A DNA stretch of 64,000 nucleotides from Chrysomallon squamiferum (taxonomy: Eukaryota > Animalia > Mollusca). The DNA lies in assembly GCA_012295275.1 (NCBI GenBank), contig CM022678.1, positions 5,208,001 to 5,272,000 of the forward strand. The letters are read 5' to 3'. Shown piece after piece: positions 14,938 through 30,849 of the stretch (positions are counted from its first letter, which is position 1; each line of letters starts with the position of its first letter). The translations under genes and the position numbers were made by a program. The notes under the pieces were generated by a model, which worked only from the letters and a program-made list of their open reading frames with translations, was not told where the DNA came from and did not search any database.

Positions 14938-15522
14938 GTGAAGCATGTTTCAAATATACCATTCTTAGCAAAACTTCTCCTACTTATATTCACAACCACG
15001 ACAGCAATTGCAGAACAGTGTGGTAAAGAACATCATCATTTCGTTTCTTTCTTTCTCATTTTAATAGTTACTATACTTTTATATTTCATATTGTTATATA
15101 AAAGTATATTAGACGTCACATATTTCATTCGTAGACCATTAAAGTGTACAATTAGTGATAAGAAAAAATACCATAAGTTTCTTGCTCATACTATCAATTT
15201 AAATTTCTGTCTTTCTTTTATTTTTTATTTATTTATTTATTTATTATTTTACTATTTATTTTGTATTTCTTGTTATTTTTATCTTTTATTTTTCTAGCAC
15301 ATTTGTAGTTGCATTCCTTTAATATCGTTTCATATCATTTTGTTTCAATTCTATGTTTTAACGATGACTTAATAACAGAATATATGTGTATACTATTTTT
15401 TCGGTACTTTTAAACAACAACAACCTAAATAACAAAAAAAAAGAAAGAAAAGAAAGCGAAACCACAACAACCAAACATAAACACACGATTAAAAACAAAA
15501 CTAAAGAAAACAAACAAACAAA

Positions 15523-15558
<36 letters not shown>

Positions 15559-15807
15559 AAGAAAACAAAACAAAACAAAAAGCATTAAATAATGTAGCTA
15601 CTTCTCAGCAAAATAGCTAGTGACATCTTGACTACAGTTCTGAATGTGTATTATTTATTATTTACGAACAAAAAAAAAAAAAAAAAAGAAAAGATATCTA
15701 ATTCCATCATTAGGAGAAGAAGGCTTCATTGATAACTGTGACTTTACTTTTCCTGTCTCCGGTTTTACCTATTTTTATTCAACGTCATACTTAAGTAAGG
15801 CTAGCTG

Positions 15808-15810
<3 letters not shown>
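14938..15810 (+). pseudogene. Relic of a G1-like gene in inverted orientation
   Basis: 14938-15022 is a signal exon with GTG in place of ATG (VKHVSNIPFLAKLLLLIFTTTTAIAEQC, donor TGTG|GTAAAG). 15692-15810 is an isolated piece of the large exon (RYLIPSLGEEGFIDNCDF...YLSKASWN) between a poly-A run and a (TA)n run. A first-exon donor relic sits at ~13512-13560. Confidence 0.85.
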
Positions 15811-15877
<67 letters not shown>

Positions 15878-15967
15878 TTATTTATTTATTTTTATTTTTT
15901 TATGAAAGCTGAGTTCGGTTTTGAATAGTAAATACAGTGTTTATATCACTGGTGTACCTTTTTTGTG

Positions 15968-16020
<53 letters not shown>

Positions 16021-16435
16021 CATCTGTTATAGGCTTCATCAGAAACCGTTTCAAAACAGGGCACTTAGTATCAAATCCATTGAATTATTTTGAGTAATTT
16101 TAAATCCAGCATGTAGTTAACCTATAGAATCAAATAAAAATAAATAAATTTCATGCTACAATACACTGATAAAATTAACTTCAAACGAATTTCGTCAAAC
16201 AAAAATCAGAACATCGCGACAACAACGTGTTTCATTCACCAAACACACTTGATGTGAGAAAAAACAATTTTCAGTTTTCTTTCATATTTGTTATAAATTC
16301 AGTATTTAAATATGTTTTCGGCCACCCATGTCTTTCAAAATGTTTGACTTACCTTGAAACGTGACCAGAGTCAAGCACATATATAAATGACATTCCACCA
16401 ATTAATTACTCTATATATTCGAGCAGATCTTATAT

Positions 16436-17400
16436 TTGTGCAGAAACATGCATACACTAGCAACCACACAAAAGGGAAATAACTCTCGTCGTTCTTCACA
16501 GGAAAGTAAAATCGTGGATGCAAGAAATAAACTATATTTCAAGGGAACTAACTCCATTATTTATAAGTGCATATTTATACTGTCCTTAGTTGTATATCTA
16601 TGGAACGTTTATCACTAGTCGTTTATTTCATCCAACGAATTTAACCATTTCGATTTTGTTCAAATTTTGTACATAATGCTTGTTTGATTGATTGATTTAT
16701 TCATTCATCTCTGTTTGACTGTGAATCTCTGTATCTTACTCTGTATGCATATATATATCTGTGCAGAAACATGCATACCCAGAGTTATGCATACCCTAGC
16801 AAACACACAAAAGGGAAATAAATCTCGTCGCTCTTCACGCGAAAGTAAAATCGTGGGTGAAAGAAAAAAAAAATATATTTCAAGGGAACTAACTCCATTA
16901 TTTATAAGTACATATATACACTGTCCTTAGTTGTATATCTACAGAACATAGCACTTATGACTAGTCATTCATTTTATCCAACGAATTTAACCATTCCCAT
17001 TTTGATGAAATGCTATTTATTTATTTATTCTTTTATATTTTTTATTTACTTTTTTTTTTTTTTAATCTCTATTTGACTTTCAATCTATATATGTTACTCT
17101 GTATGCGTGCATACGTGTGAACGTGTTTGTGCGTCTGCACGTTTGTCAGTATTCAAATATTTGTTTCCTGGCCATAAAAATCCAAATTAATTATTTTTAT
17201 TTTTTATTTCATTTGAAATTGTCACACACTGACACACACATACACACACACACACAGAGAAAGATAAAACCAACTCACGCGCACAAAACTATACATATAC
17301 TCATAAAACTAAATAAGTAAAGAAATAAACAAACGGACAAGCAAACAAGAAAACAGTTTGAAATACAAATAACAAAATGATGATCGAGCCAATAGCATTA
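16436..17400 (+). repeat. Intergenic duplicated block (tandem here; also ~20420-21010, 30160-30810, 39435-40070)
   Basis: Recurrent cagaaacatgcataccc...gggaaataactctcgtcgctcttcacaggaaagtaaaatcgtggatgcaagaaataaa...ccaacgaatttaaccatt, which precedes most of the inverted 3' fragments. Confidence 0.8.
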
Positions 17401-17424
17401 CCTGTCAAACAAGATGACACCTTC

Positions 17425-17603
17425 TGTATTTACAGACAAACGTCTTTCTTGTGGCTCCTTTCCTATTTCGATATTTACGTGTGTCGTGGTGATCACGAAA
17501 AGCTTATCACATCAGACTGTTCTCCAGAAGGGCCTAACTGAAGGCTTTCTCCCTTGAGAACATACCATCTCCTTAAAGCACCCGCTTTCTCAACACCAGC
17601 CAA
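17425..17603 (-). pseudogene. Inverted fragment F1 of family 3' coding end (internally deleted)
   Basis: Minus strand reads LAGVEKAGALRRWYVLKGESLQLGPSG... then ITTTH..NIEI, homologous to repeat 4 (KADSLQLGPSGE...IVTTQGNVDI). Confidence 0.75.
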
Positions 17604-17829
17604 GAGATAAAATTACTATGTAGAATCAAGTAATGCATATGATATCCTTTTCAAGTAAATAATGCCAATCAACTATCTATATCTAATGGGCGGGGGAGAA
17701 TGAGGTTATTTTACAGATATTCACTGATTTTTTGTTTTCTTTTGGCTTTTTATTCCCTGACATCTAGAAACATTAAAAAATATCCATAAAACTCGTTATT
17801 GATCCTTTCAGAAATAAGTGTTCATTAAA

Positions 17830-18130
17830 CAAATCTCACGCCCATCAGTCTGTAATTTGAACCAATCTAAAAACACCTGCAAATATAGTGTACAGACTAG
17901 ACACGCCCAGCCTTGGTCAATGCTGTTCAGTCACTGACCGATTTTTAGTGATTTGAAAAAATATGTCAGTTAAGTCCGATTCACACGCTTCTAAAACATT
18001 GTTTTATCTATGAAACAGATGTCTGATCTATTTCTATAAAACACTATCTGATTGGAAATTAAATTTATCGGAATATACTGTCGTGAAACAAATTAAATTA
18101 GCATCTGTTATAGTCTTCGTCAGAAACCCT
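17830..18130 (+). repeat. Dispersed double-CCAAT block (copies also ~21540-21840, 26870-27125, 31340-31640, 36480-36745, 40590-40890, 46145-46430)
   Basis: Shared aaatctcacgcccatca..ctgtaatttgaaccaatctaaaac...actggacacgcccag...gattggaaattaaatttatcggaat..actgtcgtgaaa..aattaaattagcatctgtt. Confidence 0.8.
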
Positions 18131-19670
18131 TTCAAAAAAGACCACGTAGTGTGAAAACAATTCAATTATTTTGAGTGATTTTAAATCCAGCATGTGGTTA
18201 ACCTATAGAATAAAATAAAAATAAAAATAAATAAATTTCTACAATACACTGATAAAATTAATTTCAAACGAATTTCGTCAAACAAAAATCAGAAAAAGGC
18301 GACAACAATGTGTTTCATTCACCAAACACACTTGATGTAAGAAAAAACAATTTTCAATTTTCTTTCATATTTGTTATAAACTCAGTATTTTAATATGTTT
18401 TCGGCCACCCATTTCTTTCGAAATGTTTAACTTATCTTGAAACGTGACTAGAGTTAAACACATATATAAATGACATTCCACCAATTAATTACTCTATATA
18501 TTCATGTAGAAAAAGCAGAACTAAGTATGGACAATTAATTCCTAGAAACAAAACTATCGTTCATGTTAAAAAACGTAAAATTTTCTTTTTCTATCGTTTC
18601 ATATGTGGATATACACTGGAACTAATAATCTCACACACACACACACACACAGACATACATATACATGCACACAAACAAAGAAAATAAATCGTTCTATTGT
18701 AATGTACCATTTAGTTCTGTGCGTGTAAGACACCCATGAAACATATTAAAATGAAAATCTGTGAGAATGTATCTATTATAAACGAATACATACCGAAATC
18801 TCAAATGGGCTAGTTTCTATCAAATTTATAAAAAGAACCATCAGAGCATCCTGAAATACATTTCTACAATATAAGTAGCACAAAATCAATTTAAAAAGAC
18901 GTTTTCCTGGAAAACATTGCAGTTGGGTTCACAGATTCCTTCACTATTTAACTACGTTTATTATCGAGCTTTTGATTTAATGAGTTAAAAAAGTGATTCA
19001 CTTGAAATCCTTTAAGCAGCGATCTCACGTCCTTTATATATGTAAACCTTAACGTTGTACACTATATTCCTACTTTATTACTATGAAAGTTTGAAACATA
19101 CAAATTTAATTTGGTTTTTATTAACTGATTTATAAATCGAATTGAAATATTTCAAAGCTAAGGTTAGATTATTTTAAACCAAATGTTACAACCACAAAAT
19201 CAAATTATAAATTCATTTAAATATATATCCATATATATATATAGTGTGAGAGAGTGTCACCAGAGCGTTTGTTTGTTGTTGTTTCTTTGTTTTTTTTTTT
19301 TGTTGTTGTTTTTTAGTTGTTTTTTTTTCTGCAATTTTCTATTCACTTTGCTTTATAAGTTCATTATCCAGAAACCTCTTCTGTTTCGCATTTCAATAGC
19401 AGCTTCCTAAAGAGAACCAATTACAATTTTTAGTTATAAGTTTTCAAGTCTCTATTCGATGGTTATCTTTTAATATCTATAATACTGATTACCAATATTT
19501 TACAAATCGTTAAAATTCCCGTAAGGAAATAAATTAAAACCTAGAATACAGGATTGCATTATTTTGTCTATGTCCATGTTACTGCACTAAAGTTATAACA
19601 AAGTAGTAATTTTTATTTATTTTTGTATTTATTTATTTATATATTTATTACTATTATTATCATTATTCTT

Positions 19671-19701
<31 letters not shown>

Positions 19702-19711
19702 TTATTATTAT

Positions 19712-19742
<31 letters not shown>

Positions 19743-19767
19743 TTAACCATTCCCATTTTGATGAACT

Positions 19768-19799
<32 letters not shown>

Positions 19800-20159
19800 T
19801 TCATCTCTGTTTGACTTTCAATCTATATAATGATACACTTTATGCGTGCATACGTGTGAACGTGTTTGTGCGTATGCACGTTTATCAGTATTCAAATAGT
19901 TGTTTCCTGAACATAAAAAACCAAATCAATTATTTTTATTTTTATTTCATTTAAAACAGTCACACACACACACACACACTAACACCCAGACATACAGAAA
20001 CATAAAACTTACTCACGCGCAAACAATTACATATACATTCACCAAACTAAATAAGTAAAGAAATAAACAAACAGGCAAACAAACAAGGAAACAGTTTTAA
20101 ATGCAAATAACAAGATGGCGATCGACTGAATAGCACTAGGTTTCAAGCAAGATGACACC

Positions 20160-20212
20160 TTCTTTTTTACAGACAAAAGTCTTTCTTATGTTTCCTTTCC
20201 TACTCGTATCTG
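20160..20212 (-). pseudogene. Inverted fragment F2 (short, truncated) of family 3' coding end
   Basis: Minus strand tctcagatacgagtaggaaaggaaacataa (SQIRVGKET*), with the same flank as F1, F3 and F4. Confidence 0.6.
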
Positions 20213-21049
20213 AGAGAGAGAGCGTTTACTATTATTTTTTTTATTTTTTTTTTCTGAAGTTTTCCCTTTACTTTGCTTAATAAGTTCATTATCCAGAAAG
20301 TTCACTATCGTAGCAGCTTCTTAAAGACAGCCAATTACATTATTTAGTTATAAGTTTTCAAGTCTCTATTTCATGGTTATTTTCCAATATCTATATTACT
20401 GATTACCAATATTTTAGAAATTTCTTCACAGGAAAGTAAAATCGTGGATGCAAGAAATAAATTATATTTCAAGGGAATTAACTCCATTATTTATAAGTAC
20501 ATATTTATGCTTACCTGTTTATCTATGGAACAGAGCACTTATGAGTAGTCGTTTATTTTATCCAACGAATTTAACCATTCCGATTTTGTTGAAATTTCAT
20601 ATATAATGCTTGTTTCGTTGATTTCTTTATTTATCTATCTAATTATTTATTCATCTCTGTTTGATTGTGAATCTATATATGTTACTCTGTATCCGTACAT
20701 ACGTGTGAACGTGATTGTGCGTCTGCACGTTTGTCAGTATTCAAATATTTGTTTCCTGAACAGAAAAATCGCAATTCATTATTTTTACTTTTCTTTCATT
20801 TAAAATAGACATACACATACACACACACACAGCCACAAACACAGACACACACACACAAACACACACACAAACAGAAACATAAAACTAACTCACGCGCACA
20901 CAACTTCACATACATTCACAAAACTAAATAAGCAAAGAAGTAAACAAACAGGCAAACAAACAAGAAAACAAACAAGGAAACAGTTTGAAATGCAAATAAC
21001 TAGATGAGGACTGACCGAATAACATTACTTGTCAAACAAGATGACACCT

Positions 21050-21302
21050 TCTTTTTTGCACACAAAAGTCTTTCTTATGTTTCCTTTGCTACAGTAATCT
21101 CGGATATTTCGATATTTGCTTGTGTCGTTACGATCCTGATCAACCGTAAAGGTTCCTCTTTCATCCTGAATACAGCACACCCTGCTTCTTTTGTACTGAT
21201 GTTCTGACCTGTCACATTAGAAACTTCTCCAGAACGACCTAACTGAAGGCTTTTTCCCTTGAGGACAGACCATCTCTTTAAAGCTCCTGCTTTCTCAGGT
21301 GT
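21050..21302 (-). pseudogene. Inverted fragment F3 of family 3' coding end
   Basis: ORF 21075-21341: WSVLKGKSLQLGRSGEVSNVTGQNISTKEAGCAVFRMKEEPLRLIRIVTTQANIEIS, homologous to the repeat 4 C-terminal half. Confidence 0.85.
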
Positions 21303-22538
21303 AAACAAGTCATTTATTACTGCTAATTTAGGTGTAAACAAGTAACTTATTTGATATCCTTTTCAAGTAAATAATACCAACGAACTATCTATATTTGGTG
21401 GGAGGGGAGAATGAGGTGATTTTACAGCTATTCACTGATTTTTGTTTTCTTCTTGATTTTCACCCCCTGACATCTAGAAGCATTTAAAATATATTCATAA
21501 AACATAGCTATTGATCCTTTCAGAAATAAGTTACCTTTCATCAAATCTCACGCCCATCAATCTGTAATTTGAACCAATCTAAAACAAGCTCCAAATACAG
21601 TGTACATACTGGACACGCCCAGACTTGATCAGTGCTATTCAGTTAACGACAGATTTTAATAATATAAAAATAATTTGTAAGTTCATATCGAATCGAACGC
21701 TCCTGAAATTTTTTTTATCAATGAGCCAGATGTTTGATCTATTTCCAAAGAGGTACCTTTGATTGGAAATTAAATTTATCGGAATACACTGTCTTGAAAT
21801 AAATTAAATTAGCATCTGTTTCAGCCTTGTTGAGAAAACGTTTTAAAAAAGCCCACGTAGTGTGATTTCAATTGAACTGTAGAAATTATATTGATTGATT
21901 TTAAATCCAGCATGTAGTCTAACATATAGAATAAAATAAAAATAAATAAATTTCGTGATAGAATACACTGATAAAATTAATTTCGGACGAATTTCGTCAA
22001 ACAATAATGAGAACAACGCGAGTAACACGTGTTTCATTCATCAAACACACTTGATGTGAGAAAAACCAATTTTCAATTCCCTTTGACATTTGTTATCAAT
22101 TCAGTATTTAAATACGTTTTCGGCCACCCATGTCTTTCAAAATGTTTAACTTATCTTGAAAAGTGACCAGAGTCAAACACATATATAAATGACATTCGAC
22201 CAATTGATTACTATATATATTCGTGTACAAAATGCACCATTAATTATGGGCAATTAATTCCTAGAAACAAAACTGTCGTTCATGTAAAAAACGTACAATT
22301 TGTGTTTTTGACTCCTGTCAGATGTGGACATCACAAAAACAGTCCATATCGTAATAAGAAATACGAATTGAAATTTAAATTTTTTTTTATAGAAATACAC
22401 TGGCTACTGTTTACTGAAGCTACTAATCTATACCCACACAAACACACATACTTAAATATACAGAAACATACACACATACACACAAATACACAAACACACA
22501 CACAAAAGCATACACTCACATACACACAAACACACACA

Positions 22539-22576
<38 letters not shown>

Positions 22577-23109
22577 GAAATCGTTCTATTATAATGTACC
22601 ATTTAGTTCTGTCCGTGTAAGATACCCATGAAACATTTTAACGTGAAAATGTGCGAGAATGTATCTATTATAAACGAATACATACGGAATCCCAAATGGG
22701 CACGGTTCTATCAAATTTATGAAAAGACCTATCATAACATCCTAAAATACATTTCTACAATATAAGTAGAAAAAAAATCAATTTAAAAAGAAGTTTTACT
22801 GGAAATCTTTGCAGTTGGAATCACAGATTCCTTCACTACTTAACTAAATTTGTTATCGATCTTTTCATTTAATGAGTTACAAAAAGAATTATGGAAAGAT
22901 ATTAACCTTGCGTGTATATTATTTTCAAACTTTATTACCATGAAAGTTTGATTATAAATTTCAAACCAACACAATTATTTCTGTTTATTGATTTCTAAAC
23001 CGAAGAAATATAAATTTCAATCTCTTTGTAAGATTATAGATAACCAAATGTTCCAACTACAAGCTGTGATTTCTGACAAAAACAAATTTCAAACTGCTTT
23101 CAATATTGC

Positions 23110-23179
23110 TATAAATTGAGTACACTCAGTAAACGTGTCACTATTCAAGAGTATCGTGGACACGCTGGACACGCCAAAG
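23110..23179 (+). promoter_or_regulatory. G3 TATA box, initiator and non-coding first exon
   Basis: TATAAA at 23110, Inr-like TCACT with its A exactly 30 nt downstream (23140), donor AAAG|GTACGT at 23179/23180. Confidence 0.68.
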
Positions 23180-23274
23180 GTACGTCTACTTTTATCTTAT
23201 TTATTTCAGTTTTATGAATTGTTTATTCCAAATATTCTCTTCTGTAGTTAAAGACGCGTTTGTCTGCTGAGACA

Positions 23275-23426
<152 letters not shown>

Positions 23427-23663
23427 CTTTAGATTCATTTGTTTTCATGATTATCTCAGTCGCGGGGTTGCTAAATGATTGGTTCTCTTCATATATCTTT
23501 TATTTATGATCTCAGTCCGAATTTGAAAATTGATCTGGTATAGCACTCTTACGCTAGTCCTTTAGTTCTACCTTTGTCTATATAACGTTAATTCTTCCGT
23601 CCAAGTAATATTCGTTATCTTTCAATAATCACGTATACTGGTTTTTTTCAGTTCCAGTTTCAT

Positions 23664-23757
23664 ATGATGGAGATGTTTTCTACTACGGTCCTCTTACATA
23701 ATGTGATTCTCTTTATTGCTATTGTATCGACGGCTGCAACTATTCCAACTAAATGTG
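23664..23757 (+). CDS. G3: signal-peptide exon (MMEMFSTTVLLHNVILFIAIVSTAATIPTKC)
   Basis: Acceptor ttccag upstream, ATG at 23664, donor TGTG|GTATGT, 94 nt, phase 1. Confidence 0.85.
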
Positions 23758-23894
23758 GTATGTATATCTGTTAGTTATCTCAAATTCTTTTCAGTAATAT
23801 TTTCACATCAACTTTTAGCATATTTCGTTTGCATAATTATTTAACTCATATATAATATAATCAGCTTTCTTAATTTTTATTTATAGTTATAATT

Positions 23895-23958
<64 letters not shown>

Positions 23959-24574
23959 TTTATTTTATTTTTCTTTATTTCTTTATTATCATGATCCCAT
24001 TTCTTCGAAACCGCAGTACAGTATCCACATTTTAGCCGGTCAAAATAAACAGAATATGATGTACTTCACTATACTGATTAATTATTTGGTATAATTGTGT
24101 TAATAAAGTTTCTATATACTAAAGAATCCGAAAAAAGTCATTTATTCACCTCAGAAACTGGTTCATATATCTAAGAATCACGAACTTCGGCTTTTCGATA
24201 TGGGATTCTCAAGCTATACTGGATCATTTTACTCTTAAATCATCTTCAGTAAGGCTTTTACAACCTGTTTAGCCTAATATATATAACAGCTTGACTGAAA
24301 ATGTAATGAGATTTTGTAGCATATTGTGTTAGATATATATCATATACAACAGAAAGAAAATCTCAGAATATTTTCATAGAATATGGACCTAGTTCAAAAT
24401 TTATGTAAGGTTACTATTATTTCTTTGAAGGAAAAATAAAACTTACAACAGTGACATCATCTTGTCAACACAGATTGAAAGGAATCTGCATTAAAATATA
24501 GATTAATTGTTAAACACTCAAACCCAGTAAACGTAACTCTATTAAAATATATTATAGGTAATATTATTTTACAG

Positions 24575-26139
24575 ACACATGTGACAGTCCATGGTACAAG
24601 ATCTACGAGAACGACGACCAAGGTAATGCAGTTAGTGGATCATTCGAGGATCTTAGGCTTGCTCGATCTAACGGTAATCCAATTAGGTTTCTTATTCCAT
24701 CTTGGGGCAATGAAGGCTATCTTACCGAAAACACTTATTACTTCGAAAAGCGGACGCGACATTTGGGCACTCTCACGAACGCACATGAGTAACAGTTTAT
24801 CGAACACTTTTCCAGACAAACCCTATCTTCGCTTCTTTTTAGTTTGCACGAATGGATTTTATGCGCAACAGTACTACAAAGTGGACACGAACGAATGGAT
24901 AAAGGTGAACGGCTCTACTGAGGGAATCCAGTGGTTTACTAAGAAGTTTCCTTGTCGCCAGCTTCTTTCTCCTAGCGAGTTTACTGAAGAAGCAATAAAG
25001 GAAAGCAGAATGGCGCTTACTAACTCTGTCCTAAACGGTCATGACATTACAGTTGCTATCAGGAATATAATACTTGAACTGCATTCCATAGAAATTACCA
25101 CGGACGAAAAGATTATAGTTCATAAGTCAGTTCATCCTCTTCCTCCGTATTTCTTCTTTCTAGTCAAAACTCATTTGGTTCATGCAGATGTATCTGCTGA
25201 GCAATTTAACAATACTGTAGTTGTTTTGACTGATTTGTTTACATCACAGCTCAGTATTGATACTAACGATAAAACGAAATGGTATGCAGACTCTTGCTGG
25301 CGACACGTAGTTACCCATGACGAAAATGGAAACAAGCAAGATGGGTCTTTTTCTGAACTTGTTTCTGCAGTTCAGAGTGGACACAGAGTGAAAATTATTA
25401 TGGGAAACTATTCCATAGAGGCAAATAACGTAAGGACGAACTCGGGACATGTTTCTGTACAACTTCTGAATCGCATCAATCAGAAAGTGAATGATACAGC
25501 GGTAACTGATATTACTAGGTTCTGGCAGATAGCGCACACGACTGGAACAGTTACCACGCTAAAACTTACGTTCGTTAACGGTACTTTTGCTGGCAAAACA
25601 ACGGAAAAGAAAACAATCAGCTGGTTTGTCGACACGCGACCATGGACGAAGATTTTATCAACGAAAAAAATGGTGATGTAACATTTGGATCGAAGGTCGA
25701 GTTGAAGAAAGCAATACAAAATGGAGCTCAGGTTCGTGTGGCGCTGCAGGTAGACTATAAAAACGTCAACGCAAACAGCCCAAGTAAAAGACATGTTGGC
25801 TGGTGGGAGACAGGCGGTCATTCTTGGTGGGGCAGACACCGCGGATCGTCTGGAAGTCACGGCAGTTCGAATGACTGTGTGGAAAAAGGATGGTTGGTGT
25901 TCAAAGCAGTCGGACTTCTCCTAGGTCCTTCTGGAGAAATTTCTGCCGAGCTAGGTGAGAGTGTCAGTACTGAAGAAGTCGGGTCTGCTGAATTCAAAAT
26001 CAAAGATGAACCTTTCTGGCGTTTCAGGATCGTCACGACACAAGGAAATGTCGACATCTCTCAGGTTCGTGTAGGGAAGGAAACAAACGAAGGACACTTC
26101 TCTGTGAAACAAGCTATGAACTGGTTTGTCAACTACTAA
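24575..26139 (+). pseudogene. G3: large exon with two frameshifts (pseudogene or homopolymer sequencing errors)
   Basis: Acceptor ttttacag| at 24574, then (D)TCDSPWYKIYENDDQG. Versus G6 there is an extra A at ~24746-24749 (ttcgaaaagc vs ttcgaaagc) and a 1-nt loss at ~25664-25670 (acgaaaaaaatgg vs acgaacaaaaatgg). It ends WFVNY*, with AATAAA at 26174. Confidence 0.85.
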
Positions 26140-27311
26140 CTTAGAAAACGCCTCACAAGATGCTGAAGGTAATAATAAAATAAATACACAATCTTTCTTT
26201 TCAAGTATTTTTTATTCAACCACTTTTCTTCGGAAGCATCAACATTATGGTCATACTTAAAAATGTAGATGTTCTATCAGGTGACTGCTACAAAATCAAA
26301 TAATTAACTTCCATTCTGTTTAGTCGTAGAGAAGACGTTCACTGAATATTAACTTTCTAAATTTCAGTAATTTAATCCTTTTTTCTGTTTGTTTCCTCTT
26401 GAAATCACGCTCATTCTCAGTGCCAACCAGAGACCCAGACACACGTAAATGTAGAAAACGCTTTAATTGTTCCTTCTATTATGTTAGAAGTCAAACGGTG
26501 AATCAGTGTAAATTGGTGTGCAGAAGGAAACCTTACACATCGAGAAAACAATATGCGGCACTGGTAATCCGTAAGAATATGCTAACTCTTTAGTTTAATG
26601 AGATATTTAAATATTTACTTTGTGTATAATTTGAATTTAGTTAGTCACAGTCTATTCATTTAACTGATTTCATCTTATGTTGTATTATTTTATTTTACTT
26701 TATAGTATGTAATGAAATAGATTATTTTGAAAAATGTAAAACTTATAGAAAAACTTATTGGTGGACATGAAATATAGATACTGTCACACGATTTGTCACC
26801 AGATATCTAATATCTAATCATCGTACGAAAATTCACACCATCGAGACATTTTCATTCTATGCACCTGACAATCACATTTTGAACCAATCACACACAAAGT
26901 CCAAGTATATTACACAGACTGGACGGGTCCAACCCTTCCACATAGCTGCTCAGTGTTTTGAAAATAATCCAGAAAAATCAAACAATTTGTACGTGTCGAT
27001 TCACACGTTCCTAAATATTGATCATCCCTGAGTCAGATGTTTTATCTATTTGAGATTGGAAACTAACGTTATCAGATAATAATGTCGTGAAATAAATTAA
27101 ATTAACATCTGTCACAGGCCTGCTGTTGAATGAAAAACATTTAACTCTGGAAATGTCACTAATTAATAAAAATCGGCCATTTTTATTGATTTGGAGAATG
27201 AAGAAGAGAAAAACGAGAAAGTATAGAAAAAAGAAGAAGGGGGAATTACAATGAAAACAATTAATGTCTTGAAACTTTTTAAACTTATTTCAAACCTGAG
27301 CATCTTGAATG

Positions 27312-27353
<42 letters not shown>

Positions 27354-28199
27354 ACTAGATATCGATTTGTCTCTGTTTCATATAAAATTTATTTAAATCG
27401 TTTTTTTTTTTCTAAATTTTATATTCTTCGTAAATAAATTCAGTAAAACATGATTTGCCTGAAAATCATCAACATTTCGTATCCGTGCATCATTTGAAAT
27501 CTGAACCTGCTAGATGTCTCGCTATTTTAGTATTCTAATTGATATTAAAAAAAAAAAAAAAAATAATAATAATAATAATAATAATAAAAAATTATAATAA
27601 ACAACTCATCTTATTTACGAAACACTTTTTCATATATGAAGAACATAAATCAGTCTCAAATCACATTTTCTAGAACTTATAAACGTCTTTTGAAATGTTT
27701 AGGTTAGCTTCAAACATGACCAGAATCATCGATAACAGAACAGTTTTAAGAAAATAACAAATAAAACAAACGTTCGTCATACGTCAGATACGTCTGAACA
27801 ATTTGTATGGGAGAAATCGATATTTTATCATTCTGTCCATCCACTTTATTATAAAATTATACTAACATTTAACAGCTGTGTATCGCATATTATTAATAAT
27901 CATTTGGAACGTCTTCTGGTAGAGTGACAGTGAAAAAATTAAGTTTACCAATCTACTTCCAATACCAAATGTTACTTGTTCAAGTTGTAATGCTACCAAT
28001 TCAGCACCGTATTTATTCGTAGATAAACTCATCCCTAGTTGTAGCTAATTAACACAACAAAAACCCAGGTAAACAGATGTGTGAAAAATAAGATAAATAA
28101 ATAAATAGTAAACACAATCCATTCTTCTGTCATACATTGTATATATAGGTTCAACGAAAACAATAATTTAAAAAAGTGATTCACTTGAAATCCCTTAAA

Positions 28200-29375
<1,176 letters not shown>

Positions 29376-29757
29376 CAGTTTTCTATTCACTTTGCTTAAC
29401 AAGTTCATTATCCAGAAACTTCTATTTCGTATTTCAATAGCAGCTTCCTAAACAAAGCCAATTACAATTTTTAGTTCTAAGTTTTCAAGTCTCTATTTGA
29501 TTCTTATCTTTTAATCAATATGTATTATTGATTACGAATATTTTAGAAATCGTTAAAACGCCTGTAAGGAAATAAATTAAAACCTAGAATACAGGTTGGC
29601 ATTATTTTGTATATGTCTATGTGACAGGACTAAAGTTATGACAAACTAGTCTTTTTTATTTCTTTCTTTCTGTATTTATTTATTTATCTATTTATTACTA
29701 TTATTATTGTTATTATTATCATTATTATTATGATCATCATTATTATTATTATTATTA

Positions 29758-29788
<31 letters not shown>

Positions 29789-30104
29789 CCTCATTATTAT
29801 CGTTCTTATCATTACATTTTCATTCTATTCTGTAAATAAAAGAAAAAAATGTCCAATTTTATTATTTCCATTTGTTAGATTCTTAATTTAGTTATTATTA
29901 TAATTTAATATTTTCACTGATTTTCATTATTATTTTACTTTTTGGTCCTTTTATTTTTTTATTTTTTTATTTCCTTATTTTTATTTATTTACTTATTTAT
30001 TTCTCATAATTTTCAGTGCCAGGGTCAGATAAATACGCAACCAGTTTCGTACAAATGTCCGTGCATTTTAGCAAATTTGACCACATTTAAAATTATATTT
30101 TTAA

Positions 30105-30160
<56 letters not shown>

Positions 30161-30618
30161 GCAGAAACATGCATACCCAGAGTTATGTAAATCCTAGGAA
30201 ACACACAGAAGGGAAATAACTCTCGTCGCTCTTCACAGGAAAGGAAAATCGTGGATGCAAGAAATAAATTATATTTCAAGGAAACTAACTCCATTATTTA
30301 TAAGTGCATATTTATAATGTCCTTAGTTGTATATCTATGGAACGTTTATCACTAGTCGTTTATTTCATCCAACGAATTTAACCATTCCGATTTTGTTCAA
30401 ATTTTATATATAATCCTTGTTTGATTGATTGATTGATTGATTGATTTATTTATTTATTTATTTATCTCTGTTTGACTGTGAATCTGTATATGTTACTCTG
30501 TATGTGTACATACATGCGAACGTATTTGTGCGTCTGTACGTTTGTCAGGATTCAAATATTTGTTTCCTGAACAGAATAATCGCAAATAATTATTTTTCTT
30601 TTCTTTCATTTAAGATAG

Positions 30619-30666
<48 letters not shown>

Positions 30667-30849
30667 TTACAACCACACACACACACAAAACATAAAAGTA
30701 ACTCACGCGCACACAACTACACATACATTTACAAAAATAAATTAGTAAAGAAATAAACAAACAGGCAAACAAGCAAGGAAACAGTTTGAAATGCAAATAA
30801 CAAGATGACGATCAAGCGAATAGCTCTGCTTTTCAAACAACATGACAGC

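Noticed and set aside
16436-16930. Recurrent small ORF (TQKGNNSRRSSQESKIVDARNK) as a micropeptide family
   Set aside because: Starts, stops and frames differ between copies. It is better explained as duplicated intergenic DNA.
16020-22300. CRISPR-like or satellite array from the recurring blocks
   Set aside because: Units are hundreds of bp, irregular and degenerate with no repeat-spacer periodicity, and the context is eukaryotic.
24581-24745. N-terminus MTVHGTRSTRTT... of the 366-aa ORF as a real start
   Set aside because: It is an off-frame read caused by the +1 indel. The true frame begins at the splice acceptor with TCDSPWYK.
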